Below, one piece after another: positions 37,539 through 48,600 of a stretch of DNA of 64,000 bases. Numbering within the stretch: the first letter of the stretch is position 1; every line of letters begins with the position of its first letter. Position numbers and translations under genes: made by a program. Under the pieces are notes generated by a model that did no database searches, was not told where the DNA came from, and saw nothing but the letters and a program-made list of their open reading frames with translations. This stretch comes from Oikopleura dioica (Eukaryota; Animalia; Chordata): positions 10,788,001 to 10,852,000 of the forward strand of contig OU015568.1 in NCBI GenBank assembly GCA_907165135.1, written 5' to 3'.

Positions 37539-38858
37539 TTAATGCCGATTTTTAGCGTGAAAATTTAGGCTTAAAATCCGAGTTCCTGATTGCGCCGAAG
37601 TTGAGTTGACTAGTATTTTTCTACTCTTTGGGATCTTATAACCCGGCTTGAACTTAATTTTGTGAAATCCTAACCAACCTTGTTTTGCTTCTGAGTTGTC
37701 TTTGGTAACGCCGAGTTTCACTCCTGAGCCGCATTGTAAAGGGTGGATTTTGGGGCTTTGCTCTTCGGGCTTTCTTTTTTCTGGGCGCTTTCTTCGCATC
37801 GGTTTTTCTTCTAATTGCTTTTGGAGAGGTGCATTCTGGCCTGACGGTATGGTGAATTCTTCGGTTCGCTTCTTTTTCATCCCAAGCATATGGGAAGTTA
37901 TTGATAATGAATCTATTTCTTCTCCACTCTCTTCCGAAGAAAAAATTTCGCTTGTTAATTTCTATTTTTTAAATAAAGTTTTTTATCTTTTTAATTTACC
38001 CCAAAGCTCATGCCAAAATGCCAGTTTTCAATTGTTTCACTCCATTTGGGCACCACTAGATTATTGTTATACTTGTGTTATGATGATACTTTTACCTGAT
38101 TTTTTAATGAGTTGAATTTTCTCCTTCCAGCGGCGATTAAGGTCAGCAATTGCAAAGTCGGCTGCTTCGTCTTTGAGAATCATCAAAGCGCGTTGACTTC
38201 GAATGCAGCTTTCGTAGCAAAGTTGCCGGGCTTTTTACGGATTAAGGGCATATGACTTTAAAATTGTCATGATACCGATTAACACGCAAACTAAAGAGGC
38301 TCGGTTGAGGTAGCGTTCGTTTTTAAAGTCTTTGTAGAGAGGATCTTTTTCAGCTTCGTTGTAGAGAGCATCGTTGGGAAAGGCGAGTGGAATGTCTCTA
38401 AAGTCGCAGTCGTAGGGAGTTCTTTTTTTTGTTTGGAAAAGCACTTTCATAAATGATTGACTCTGATTTTCCAACAAATCTTTTTTTTCCTGGATTGGCT
38501 TCGATCCATTCGGCAGAATCAAAATCAATCGAGTTTGGATAGACGGGGGTTTCATTCAAACTGGTTAGCATTTTCATATATTCCTCGTTTCTGCTCACAA
38601 TTGTATGTATAAATGCTAAAAGATTTTTAGTACTATACTCAATTTAAAAATTTTACCAAAGGGTTTTTGAAATTTTTCCTGGACGCTTCTCAAAATTTTA
38701 GCGCGCTCGGGAAAATGTTTTGTTATGGAGAAAGGGACATAGTCTATTTCTCGGTATGCGGGATTTTTGCGAACAATTTCGCCATCAATGGTGGCGGTAA
38801 AAAATTTACTGTATTTTTCCAAAAATTGGTCAATCTGTGGCTCTAACTCTATTTCCAT
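37539..38858 (-). CDS. Orphan viral protein (4 canonical introns, one homopolymer frameshift)
   Basis: ORF fragments 38616-38858, 38398-38598, 38235-38430, about 38090-38220, about 38000-38050 and 37539-37930 are joined by GT-AG introns. The C-terminus is K/R/P-rich. Confidence 0.55.
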
Positions 38859-39056
38859 GATTCGAGTTTGTCGTAATTTCCAAAGGGTTCTGGTTGTGGT
38901 TTTATACCGAGCGATCTGCTCGACTGTGACTGATTACTGGCGCTGTTGTTGAGCAGACTCAAAAAGTGAATAATTATTTTCTAGAATGGGTGTGTTTTTG
39001 AGAGCAATTTTATTCCGGATGCTCAGTTTACTGGTCTTCAACTGAACAGCGGCTAA

Positions 39057-39676
39057 ATGGTTATCACGGTAGGTTTTTAGTGCGGGGCTTGTTAACAATT
39101 TTCAACTAGCGATCTGCTCGGAATCGAAGAATTCAAAAGGCCTTGAGGGCTGCGGCATCTCAGCTTAGAATCGCCAAGCTCCTTGCGCTTGGCGGCGATG
39201 AAGACGTTGAGCAGGCTCGAGCTCGGGACAATGAAGAAATTCAAGAAGTTCCATCGGAAGAGTTCAATGCTCAATCATCTACCCCTGCGCCGCAAAGAGC
39301 AGCTGCCGAGGAATGCGGGGAAAAAACAAAAAAGAAGGGATTCTTTTCCAAGATGCCCCAGCTTCTTAAAAAAAAGCCCACGCCAAAGTTTGACATTTTC
39401 GGTACGTTTTTGCAATTGAAAATTTACTCACATTTTTTAGATAATGATCAACTTGGCCTTGCGTGTGGATTCGATGAAATCTGCAAGGGGCTGTCTACTC
39501 AAGAAAGGCGAGCCGTAGAAAAAGAGATCTTCCGGCTTCAAGGTCTTTTGGAGAAGGAACGAGATTTTCTTTGGCACGATTTACACGCGCAAAGAGTAAT
39601 CGTGCACATTCGAACAAAGAGCGGCCGCAGTATAATTATCAAAGGCCGAGGCTGGACAAGTGAATACGAACAGTAA
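39057..39676 (+). CDS. Orphan viral protein with basic N-terminus
   Basis: MVIT|RSARNRRIQKALRAAASQLRIAK... via a short GT-AG intron, continuing in ORF 39143-39676 (a second in-frame intron is likely). Confidence 0.55.
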
Positions 39677-39805
39677 ACTATTTGCGCCAAGAAACCTGTA
39701 TATTCCCATCTTGAGCTGCAAATAAAATTTCTTTCATAAATCAAAACAACGAGTTCTAGAATTTCTATTTTTGTTTTTGGTTTTATTGAGCTTGTACAGT
39801 TTTAG

Positions 39806-40541
39806 TTACAGAACATGTCCAAAGACCCATATAAATTCGCCAAGTTGCTCTATTTCGCCAAAGAGATTAGTCAAGGTTCTTGGTTGATTCATAGAGGTGA
39901 TGTCTTTTCGGAATACTTCATATCTAAAACGGGGAACTTGTCTTTCGTTGAACAATTCCTCTGCGGCCTCGTAGCCCTCTTTGTGTCCAGTTTTTGCAGC
40001 TACAGTTGGATTGGTGCTGATGTCTGTATTATTGGTAAAGACAACAAAGACTTGCATACAATTTCTAAAAAAATATAATTTTCTAAAAGGCAATTAAAAC
40101 TTACCGCAGAGTAATGGCTTTTTTTCCTTTTTCATAGAAATTCTGTCCGATAAAAATCATTGAAACACCCAAATGCCTACGTGCATAAGTTAGTAAATAT
40201 TCTACAGTTTCGCTGTCGAGACATTTTGATCACTGATCATCAACAATGATCAAAGTGTCGCGCTTATTGTCGTTGGCAAAATTTTTATCGAGCCAAGTTT
40301 GAGTAGGCAAGCCTATTTTTGTGTAAAGCGTTTGATGAGACGGTAGATTAATGTCTAGATGTTCTATTCTTGGCATAAAGTAATAGATGTTGTTTATTTC
40401 ACCGGCAATCGCTTCATTTTCAATTAGACTTTTTACCCACTCACTTTTTCCAGCGCCAGTTGTTCCACAGATGAAAAAAGCAGTTGGGTGTTTAAAGAGT
40501 AAATCGTCAGAATCTATCATTGGTACTTCAAAACTGGTCAT
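39806..40541 (-). CDS. Maverick A32/FtsK-like genome-packaging ATPase (in-frame TGA at 40230-40232)
   Basis: FKHPTAFFICGTTGAGKS (Walker A), LIIVDDQ (Walker B), then the same frame continues YARRHLGVSMIFIGQNFYEKGKKAITLR|NCMQVFVVFTN. GT-AG intron at 40065-40104. Confidence 0.88.
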
Positions 40542-40543
40542 GG

Positions 40544-40999
40544 TTATTCGCTGTCAGAGGTATCGCTGTCTCCACCCAGCGGTTCTGCCACAATGACATC
40601 AATGAATCCTTCGATGTCGTATTTCAAGGCTTGTTTGCGCGAAGCTTCAGTGTCCGTGTTGCGATCACGGTGATTGTTCACGTACACTCTAATCGTGCGC
40701 ATTTCGTATAGCATTGAAATGAGATTATGAAAGTACGCTACTTGCTCGGGATCAGACTTGTCAAAGTTGTTTTCGTTGATGACAAAGCAACCGGTCTTGT
40801 ATCGTTTGTAGGCTTTGGTGTAGCTTGGAGCAACTCCTTTCTTGGGTTTGTCCTTTTTGATGATTTTGCCTGCAAAGTAGATGGCAGATGGATGCAAGGA
40901 TGGCGTGTTGATGTTTCGTGGCTCAATTGTCAGAGCATATCGTTTTTTCTCTTTCTCAAGCAACTCTTTGAAATCAGATGCTTTTGATTTTTCGGTCAT
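40544..40999 (-). CDS. Hypothetical viral protein, 151 aa, abutting the ATPase start
   Basis: Intact ORF; its stop lies 2 nt upstream of the ATPase ATG. No recognised motif. Confidence 0.65.
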   Translation of the reverse strand: MTEKSKASDFKELLEKEKKRYALTIEPRNINTPSLHPSAIYFAGKIIKKDKPKKGVAPSYTKAYKRYKTGCFVINENNFDKSDPEQVAYFHNLISMLYEMRTIRVYVNNHRDRNTDTEASRKQALKYDIEGFIDVIVAEPLGGDSDTSDSE

Positions 41000-41246
41000 G
41001 TTCGAATGGTTGATGCTTGACCGGTCACTCTGAATATATACTGTTAATTTATGCAGAATACACTAGATGTCAGCCTTTGTAAAAAGTATAAATAGCAGAA
41101 CGGTATTAATTTATAACCATTCCGAAAAAAAGAGAATCAGAGAAGGCACGAATCAAGAAAATTGATAAAAAATTCAGGTAAATAGGAAAATTACGAGTCG
41201 CAGCTTTTTTAATTGAAAAAGAGTAGTGAATGATCGCTACTGAATA

Positions 41247-42182
41247 ATGAGCGCCAGAAAAATAAAGTCGAAAAAGAAATACGCCCTTATCGAAGAGGAC
41301 ATTCTCAAAAGCATCGCTTCCAAATTCAACTACAATCCAGATACCAAGTATTTACGATTTACCGCTCCAAAAACTGGTTTGGAAAATACCCCATTGGTAA
41401 AATATCCAGACTATAATGATATTGAGACGAAAAACGGGGAAAAGCTCGCCAAGGCAGCAAACGTCAAAATCCCGATCGGCGAAAGATATCCCTCCTCCTC
41501 CGAAGAAGAAGAGGACGATGCCGAAGAGGACTCTGAAGAGGAAACCGACAGAGAAGAATATCCCCCTTGGTCGGAATACGACGAGCAGGAAAACAGTACC
41601 GAATCCGAGCCCGATTATTATGAAGCCAAGCGCTACGAACCCAAACCCTATACTGAAGAGGAAAAGGGGTCGACCTCGAAAATACCCACTTCCGGAGAAA
41701 GAAGTGACAATCGATCCGAATCCAGTGAGCATCGACGACGGAACGACAATCGATCCACCACAAGAAAGTCAATTCTCAAACATCGAGATGTGGCAAAACG
41801 ACGTGGCGAAGCATCTAAATCAGTTAGGATTAGGGAGCCAGAGCGCTTCAGCCCAATTCCAACAACTACTCATGCCAGGCGCAATAACAGAAAAAAACGG
41901 TCTGTTGTTTTTGACACATTTGATGGGGGCTCGAAACGAGCGAAACGAGCTGACTATCCCGAAAGAGCTGTTTTCCATGAATCCTCTAGTCCAGCAGCAG
42001 CAGCAGCAGCAGGTGCAGCAGCAGACACCACGCCAAGAGACAAATCCGATACAAAACGTGGAGGGCGAATTCTTGCAGGATCACCAGTCCCACCAGACCC
42101 TGATCGACGAGCCCGCTCCACAAATGACACAATCTGGGCAGAAGGACAGCCCCTTGCCGACTGCGAAAACTTTTGGCAGTAA
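41247..42182 (+). CDS. Hypothetical viral protein, 311 aa, with acidic and Arg-rich low-complexity blocks
   Basis: MSARKIKSKKKYALIEEDIL..., followed by an E/D-rich block and an R-rich block. It overlaps the integrase start by 59 nt. Confidence 0.65.
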   Translation: MSARKIKSKKKYALIEEDILKSIASKFNYNPDTKYLRFTAPKTGLENTPLVKYPDYNDIETKNGEKLAKAANVKIPIGERYPSSSEEEEDDAEEDSEEETDREEYPPWSEYDEQENSTESEPDYYEAKRYEPKPYTEEEKGSTSKIPTSGERSDNRSESSEHRRRNDNRSTTRKSILKHRDVAKRRGEASKSVRIREPERFSPIPTTTHARRNNRKKRSVVFDTFDGGSKRAKRADYPERAVFHESSSPAAAAAAGAAADTTPRDKSDTKRGGRILAGSPVPPDPDRRARSTNDTIWAEGQPLADCENFWQ

Positions 42183-43160
42183 TAACAGTCCCAATGTTTT
42201 TCAAGATTCCTTTTATAATCACGAAAAGCCACTTTCATATACGTCTATGGATTTGAAGCGTTTTAAACGCATGAATCCTATTATATCTAGACATAAACCT
42301 TTTAATTCAAAATTTACACGAAATCCTATTATTGCGCCGTCGCTTTATTCTCACTTGATGTCTGATACGATTCATGCGTATAAAAATGACGGAGGTGTAA
42401 ACAATGGATTTAAATATATTCTTGTTGTGATTGATTGTCTTTCGCGTAAAACTTTTGTTCGACCGTTGAAAACATTAAAAGGGGTCGAGACTGCACGTCA
42501 ACTGGAAGACATATTTATGAGTATGCAAGATCGACCAGGACATTCCTTCTTTGAGACTGATTTGGGTGGAGAATATTCTGATCATGTTTTGCCTTTGCTT
42601 GAAAAATGGAACATGACGCCAGTAAAACTGCGTAACCAGCATAAAGCAGCGTTAGCTGAGAGAGTGATGTGAGTTGAGTTTTTATGTTGCTTTGATGCTG
42701 AGTTTGTTTTTTAGTGGAACTCTTCAAGGCAGACTGAGAAAGTATTTTGATGCTCATGACGGGGTTCGAAGATGGGTTCACATTTTGGAAGATGTGAATA
42801 AAGCTTATAATAACACTGTGCATTCTACTACTAATATGGCGCCTAATGATGTAACTCTTGAAAATTCACTTGATCTTTTTAAACGACTTGAAAAGAAGCG
42901 AATGTCTTCTAAACAAAAAAGACATCAACCAAACGGAGAGTCGGCGATTTGGTTCGCATTCCTGTCAAAACATATCTCAAAAATAAGTTTAAAAGGGTGC
43001 AGATCCAAATTGGTCTGATGAACTTTATAAAATAATCAAAATAGATTTTGGAAGTTTGGTTCCTGTTTTTACTTTGGCAGATGAAAGTGGCGCTCCGCTT
43101 CCACGCCGATATTATGAGAATGAAGTGAATTTTGTTAGAAACGTTCTCGATGAAGAATAA
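42124..43160 (+). CDS. Maverick rve-family (retroviral-like DDE) integrase
   Basis: FYNHEKPLSYTS, LMSDT, NNGFKYILVVIDCLSRK, FETDLGGEY, KAALAERVI|GTLQGRLRKYF, YNNTVHSTTNMAPNDV, RVGDLVRIP and FKKGADPNWSDELYKI. GT-AG intron at 42669-42714; two 1-nt deletions in A-runs near 42920 and 42995. Confidence 0.92.
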
Positions 43161-43236
43161 TTTATCTGTCCTTATTAAACTGCAATGCGCGCACTTACAA
43201 ACACCTGTGTTTTTTGATTTTTTTTTAGAGACATTG

Positions 43237-43732
43237 ATGCTTACTAGACAGGGAGCGTTGAGAAGGCGTAGAACCGGCAGACGAACAACCACCACCACAA
43301 CAAAAACTCGGGCTCAAAACACACGAAGAAGAGGTAGATCTTTTGCTCGAAGAAGCTCTCGAAGAGCTCATACCTCGTCTGGCAGCATTGCAACTTGGTA
43401 TCGAAACAGAAGACGACAATAAAAGTATGAAATTTCGAAAGAGAGCGTTAACATATCCTCCAGATGGCGAATTCGGCGACTTGTTTTCCGATTGGGAAAC
43501 TCATTCCTTGGCTGGCGAAACTTGTCAAGAGAGCATCCAAGAAGACCTTTGCACCGAAAAATGGCACACCAACTGGTACAGCAAGTGGTGTTTCGAAAAT
43601 CGGATGTTGCGAATGGTGTTCAAAGGATGCGTTGACACAAAATCTCTTCTTATAATGACTTTATTGCTGATAATCGTAGTTGGCGTAGTCGTTGTTTTTA
43701 AACTAAATTTTATTTCCTGTGTGATTTTTTAA
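43237..43732 (+). CDS. Small viral gene with ambiguous reading frame (Arg-rich 61-aa ORF vs acidic ORF with C-terminal TM)
   Basis: ATG at 43237 lies just downstream of a T-rich AG. Frame 1 gives MLTRQGALRRRRTGRR...RRQ*. The +1 frame gives EEEVDLLLEEALEELIPRLAAL...LLIMTLLLIIVVGVVVVF. Confidence 0.45.
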
Positions 43733-43747
43733 ATAAATTTTTTTTAG

Positions 43748-45592
43748 ATGGCGGAAACATTTGGACAGCTTCTTTATTTGACTGATAAATCGGCCACAGA
43801 TGATCCTTATAAAGGAGAAATCTGTGTTGGTCGATTGGGGAGTGAAAATACTCCAGGAGTGATTTTTTTTGATGTTCCGGAAGATAAAAGATCGCTCAAG
43901 CCGGAATTGTGCATGTTTACGTATAGGCTTTTGGTAGATTCGAATTACGTTCCGGATAATGGTTTGCACGCTAAAATGATAAGAAGACTGGTCATTAGAC
44001 TTTGTGATAATCGTCTCTTTGATTCGTTTGACTTGCACGAGTATACGTTTATCAATCAGTTTATAACAAAACTGAACATGTCTGAAATGACTCAAAATAC
44101 GGAACTTTTTCCAAGTGGACATTGGGACAGTAGGGAATTGAATACTGATGAGCTGGAGGATCATTCTTTGTATCACAATAACAAAAAAATTGTCGAGCAT
44201 CGACATTCTTATGCGGAAAAGATTTGGAAGCCAAAGTCAAATCTTACAGTCAATACAGATAGTGAGGGTATTTCATGCGAGTATTTGGTTTACGAATATG
44301 ATATAAGAGCGCCGCTTGTTCATGGGTTGGCTAGACAGCCACGCGTCCTTCCGGCAAATACAAGAACTTCTTTTGAAGTTGAGTTGAATACTTTGGCAAA
44401 TTTTTTGATGAAAGTATCCGACTATCAAAAGTATCGAACATCTACAGACAACAGTTCTAAGTTTGTATATCCTTTCAACAAGCACCTTAAAACCACTCGC
44501 AAGAACAAAGCGCATGCGACTGCGGCTGTTTGTGACTGCGCAAATTTTTATAAAAAAGGAGGACATGGAAAGTACACCCATGTTTATAAAACAAAGTCAA
44601 ATGGAAAGTACGATTTTGAAGAAGAAGTTGATGAGACAATTTTCAGCAAGGACAATGACAACGTCAATTGGAAAGCGCATACAGTTTTTTATGATGAAGC
44701 AGATTTGGCTCGAGAAACGATCGATGGTAAAGATTACCTTGTTTTTTATATGGAAAATGTCTTGAAAGAAAATGAATTGGCGAATCCAATAGACTTTATG
44801 CTTGAATCTGTTTTTGTCAACGCGGCAAAGATTGAAAGACCATTGACTACGGGTAAATCAGGTGAAGTGAGTATTCCTTTCTTGTATCCAAAATTTGTGG
44901 CAAAAAGATTCAAACAAGGCTTGCGAACCGACACTTTTGAGGTGTCGTCAGGAAAAGTGAGAATTTCATAGTTTGTTGTTGTTGTTGTTGTTTCAAATTT
45001 TCATTTAATAACAGGTCCGCTTCCACATATGCTCGTTTTGACTGGAATGCCAAATGATCAGTTTACATCTCCTTCTTTTGACACGTGCTTGACAAAAACT
45101 ACGATGAACGATCCTGCCTTTAAAATCAAGGAATTTACAGTTTTTGTCAATTGGAGAACACATTTTAGAACGCCATGGAGAAAACCCCTTGATCATTATC
45201 TAAACTATCTGAGACACAATGGCAGATATGCAAACAAGTCGCTCGGAGGTGGAATGGATTTTTTCAAGTTTCAAAACGAAAATTGGATGGTTCCATTGTG
45301 CTTTGATGACGATATCGGAATGTCGGGCACAGTCAACGTCAAAATCACCTTTGAAAAGCCTGTTGAAAAATTTGGAATTTGCTCGTTATGAAGATTCCGA
45401 TTGAGGAGCTTCATCTTAATAGAACACGAAACGGTTGGTTATTATTTCACTTTTTTTATTATCCATTTTTTAGAAGCATCTGTCATGCAAACAAGTGTGA
45501 CTGGTACAAAACGAAAGACTGATGACTTTTTGCTGTACAATGAAATCGCAAAAAGGCGAATGAAAGAACATCTTGAATCTGTTGAAAAGTAA
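43748..45592 (+). CDS. Maverick major capsid protein (PY, double jelly-roll type), about 580 aa
   Basis: Maverick-MCP-like segments: APLVHGLARQPRVLPANTRTSFEVELNTLANFLMKV, FMLESVFVNAAKIERP, FEVSSG|PLPHMLVLTGMPNDQF, YLNYLRHNG, SGTVNVKITFEKP and WNLLVMKIPIEELHLNR. Introns GA-AG 44952-45014 and GT-AG 45434-45473; 1-nt slip near 45370. Confidence 0.8.
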
Positions 45593-45678
45593 TTGTAACT
45601 GCTCTAATAAGCTCCCTCGTTGAATAATAAATAAGACAGCCCTTTTTAAGCGCGAGTTTAGTAATTGCAGGTGTAGAA

Positions 45679-48600
45679 ATGAAACGGATCTTGGCCCGAG
45701 CGCCAAGAGGCAAAATTGAAAAAAATCAAAGAAAAAAGAACCAAAGATTTTTATTCTCAAGAGAAGAAGGGCAAAGACATCGATCAAAGCAAAATAAAAA
45801 AGACTTGTATACAGGGTATCCTGAGGGTGGATGTTCCTACGAAATATTCGATAGTGAGCAAGTTCCGCCACCATCATCCTCTCCACCGCCACAGTCTCTG
45901 AAGGCGAATGCTACACGTAATTCTCATTCAGAGTGTGCGCTCGAAGATTTGGATTTTGGAAATGGTAGCAGCAGGGATTCTGAGCGGATGTCTGACAATT
46001 ATTTCGATTGTCCTGTGTCTGACAACGATGGTGATGACAGTGACGCTAATTCCCGTGCTGACAGTGATTTATCTTTATCGGAGGGAACTGTCAGCAATGT
46101 TTATTCCGCAATATTGATTGGTATCAATTGGTGGAACTTTTACAAAAATGCTCTCCTCATATTCCAAATAAATTTACAAAAGCGCTTCGTCAAAGTTTGA
46201 TCAAGTGTGACCCTAGTGAGCTGGAGAGGCGATTTGGGCGGCGACCTACTCGAGCACATTTACCCCAGATTGAAGAATATTTGGGGATTGATTTGTATGT
46301 GCTTCTTGGAGGTAAATTTTCTCCATTGGCGATTTCGTACCGACCGTATCGAGCAAGTGGCCCGCTACACATGCGAGATGTTTTTGACGAGATTGAACAT
46401 CAAAATTGCCACTTGGGCACGCATAAAAGACCGGTTGTTGTGCTTCAAGCGGCTCGAGCGTTTTTTCATACTTTGGGCGTTTTTTATACGATTCCACATC
46501 GGCGCTCGCTGCAAGTGATTGAAGGCGACTGGATTAGCATTTGGGCTGCGATTGTTTCCGCACGTTGGCCGAAGCTGCCCAAAGCTCAATACAGTACACA
46601 GATTTTAAAATTAAAAAGCGAGCTTGGGCTTGCTACAAATGAAATGTTTCAAATTTCAGATGGAATATTTCACAAAATCCGGGTTAAATTTGGAATTGCC
46701 GTTCGACTTTTTGTTGCAACCTTTGTCAACGATAATTGCAATGATAAGACGTGTTTTTATTCGACTCTTGGCGAGGCGGACAATGTCGTGCTGAATATAC
46801 TCGTGGCGAGTTATGATGAGGATGATTTTGGTCGAGAATTTCGCGAGTTTTCTGGAATGAGTTATCGTAAGCTGCAAGAGGAGCCATATCGCAATCCGGT
46901 ACTTGCCTCAAACGTGGATTATTCTCGGCGGAAAGAGATTGCCGTCAATATGGAGGATGAAGAGATTTGTCGAGTGATGCGATGGCAAAAAGCTAGCTCA
47001 TTTCACAGTAAACGAGATCGAGCGATTCTTTCAAAGCGCAAATCTACAGATGGAAGATTTCAGCAGTCATCGTCAACAAAAATTGACAGATTAAAAGAGA
47101 TTCACCAAAAACAGTGCGCCGCCATTCGCAAAGAGTCGAAAAAACAGCGCAATGCGTTTATTGACGACGAGGCAGAAGATTCTGACGGAGGATCGTCGTC
47201 AGATTTGAGTCTACACGATAGCGATTTAGAATTCATCAACGATAATGAATCTGATTCGTCGGTTGAAGTCGAGGCCACACCACCACCACTACCACGCCAA
47301 TTGCCTGTTTTTGACGCTGCAAGTAGCAGTAGCAGCGATGAATTTACAAGTTCTTTTGAGCCGGTTCGTAATTTGGCTGGACTGGTTCCAAACGTGTTTG
47401 ATGAGAATACGCGAGTTCGAGTGCTCAAAGATTCAGAAGTCAAGAAATTGCCAGTTTGCCCGACTCGAGGATGCTTGTACACATCGTCTCGAAAAGAGTA
47501 CTTTGACAAGCATGTTAAAACGTGCAGCGGCGAAACAAAGACTTGGATACGCCAGAGTGTTCAAGGTTCACACGTTTTTGATTTCAAAAAAGAACTTGTT
47601 TCCGAAGGCTACTTGCCAAGTGAAGATTTTTGCGTCGACTTTTATGTGGTTTTTGATATTGAATGTTTGATGAGTGTGGGGCCCTTTACCAATTGTACAT
47701 TGAATGAGAATGTGAGCAAATTTCACAATGTGAGCACAATTGCCTGTTTGACCTCTGATTGTCGTCAAATGGGCTTCACTCGACGCGACATGAACTACGA
47801 ATCAAGCCTTGTCATGATCACCGAGTTTGTCAATTATCTGCTCTCTCTAAAGGCGGAATTGCGCCGCGATCACGTGCCAGAATGTGTTCTCACTGGAATT
47901 GACTTTTATTCGGCGCGGATAAAGAGCCGTCTTTCGATGCGCATCAATGATGGAACCACTCTTGCAAGTTATGGCGAAATGGGCGAATTTCGAAAAAAGC
48001 TTCAATATTTGCAGAGTTTTATGAAATTGATGGTTTACAGTTGGTGTGGAGAGACCTATGATCTTACGGTCATTTATCCAATGTTGATGGCGGTTTTTTA
48101 TGAATTTTGCGGTCAGAATACGTCGAAAATCAATGTCATCAAACGAGGCGGCGGCTACATGCTGACAGAATGCATGGGGCTGAGTTTCCGCGATTTTAGA
48201 AATTATACGGCTCCGATGAGCTTGGAAAAGCTGGCAAGATCGTGCGGTCTTGATCCATCACGCTACAGTAAAGGAAGCTATCCGTACGAGTGGTATACGT
48301 CTATTGATCAACTTTCAAGAGCTACAGAATTTCCTGCCTACATTTGTTTCTACTCGTCAATGTATGCAAAAAGTCGCACCCCTGCCGAGCAAATGAATAA
48401 AATAATCTGCGAAAGAGTGGCCAGCAACGACTGGGCACGCAATGAAGACGTATTGCTTGATATTTTTGGCTTTTTGAGACTTGACTCGCTTGAAAACGAT
48501 CCCGCTTTGAGGGAATTCTTTCAGGAGGAAAATTCAATGCTTGTTAGCGATCTGGGCGTCAACAATGCTACTGAGCTGTGCGCGCATTATTTCGAGCAGC

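Noticed and set aside
40230-40232. Alternative genetic code (TGA = Trp) in the virus
   Set aside because: Only one such codon was seen. The long PolB and MCP frames use TGG for Trp and contain no in-frame TGA, so a point mutation or error is simpler.
41416-42123. Long N-terminal extension of the integrase as given by ORF 41416-42672
   Set aside because: This part is the +1 shadow of ORF 41247-42182. Integrase-like sequence begins only after ATG 42124.
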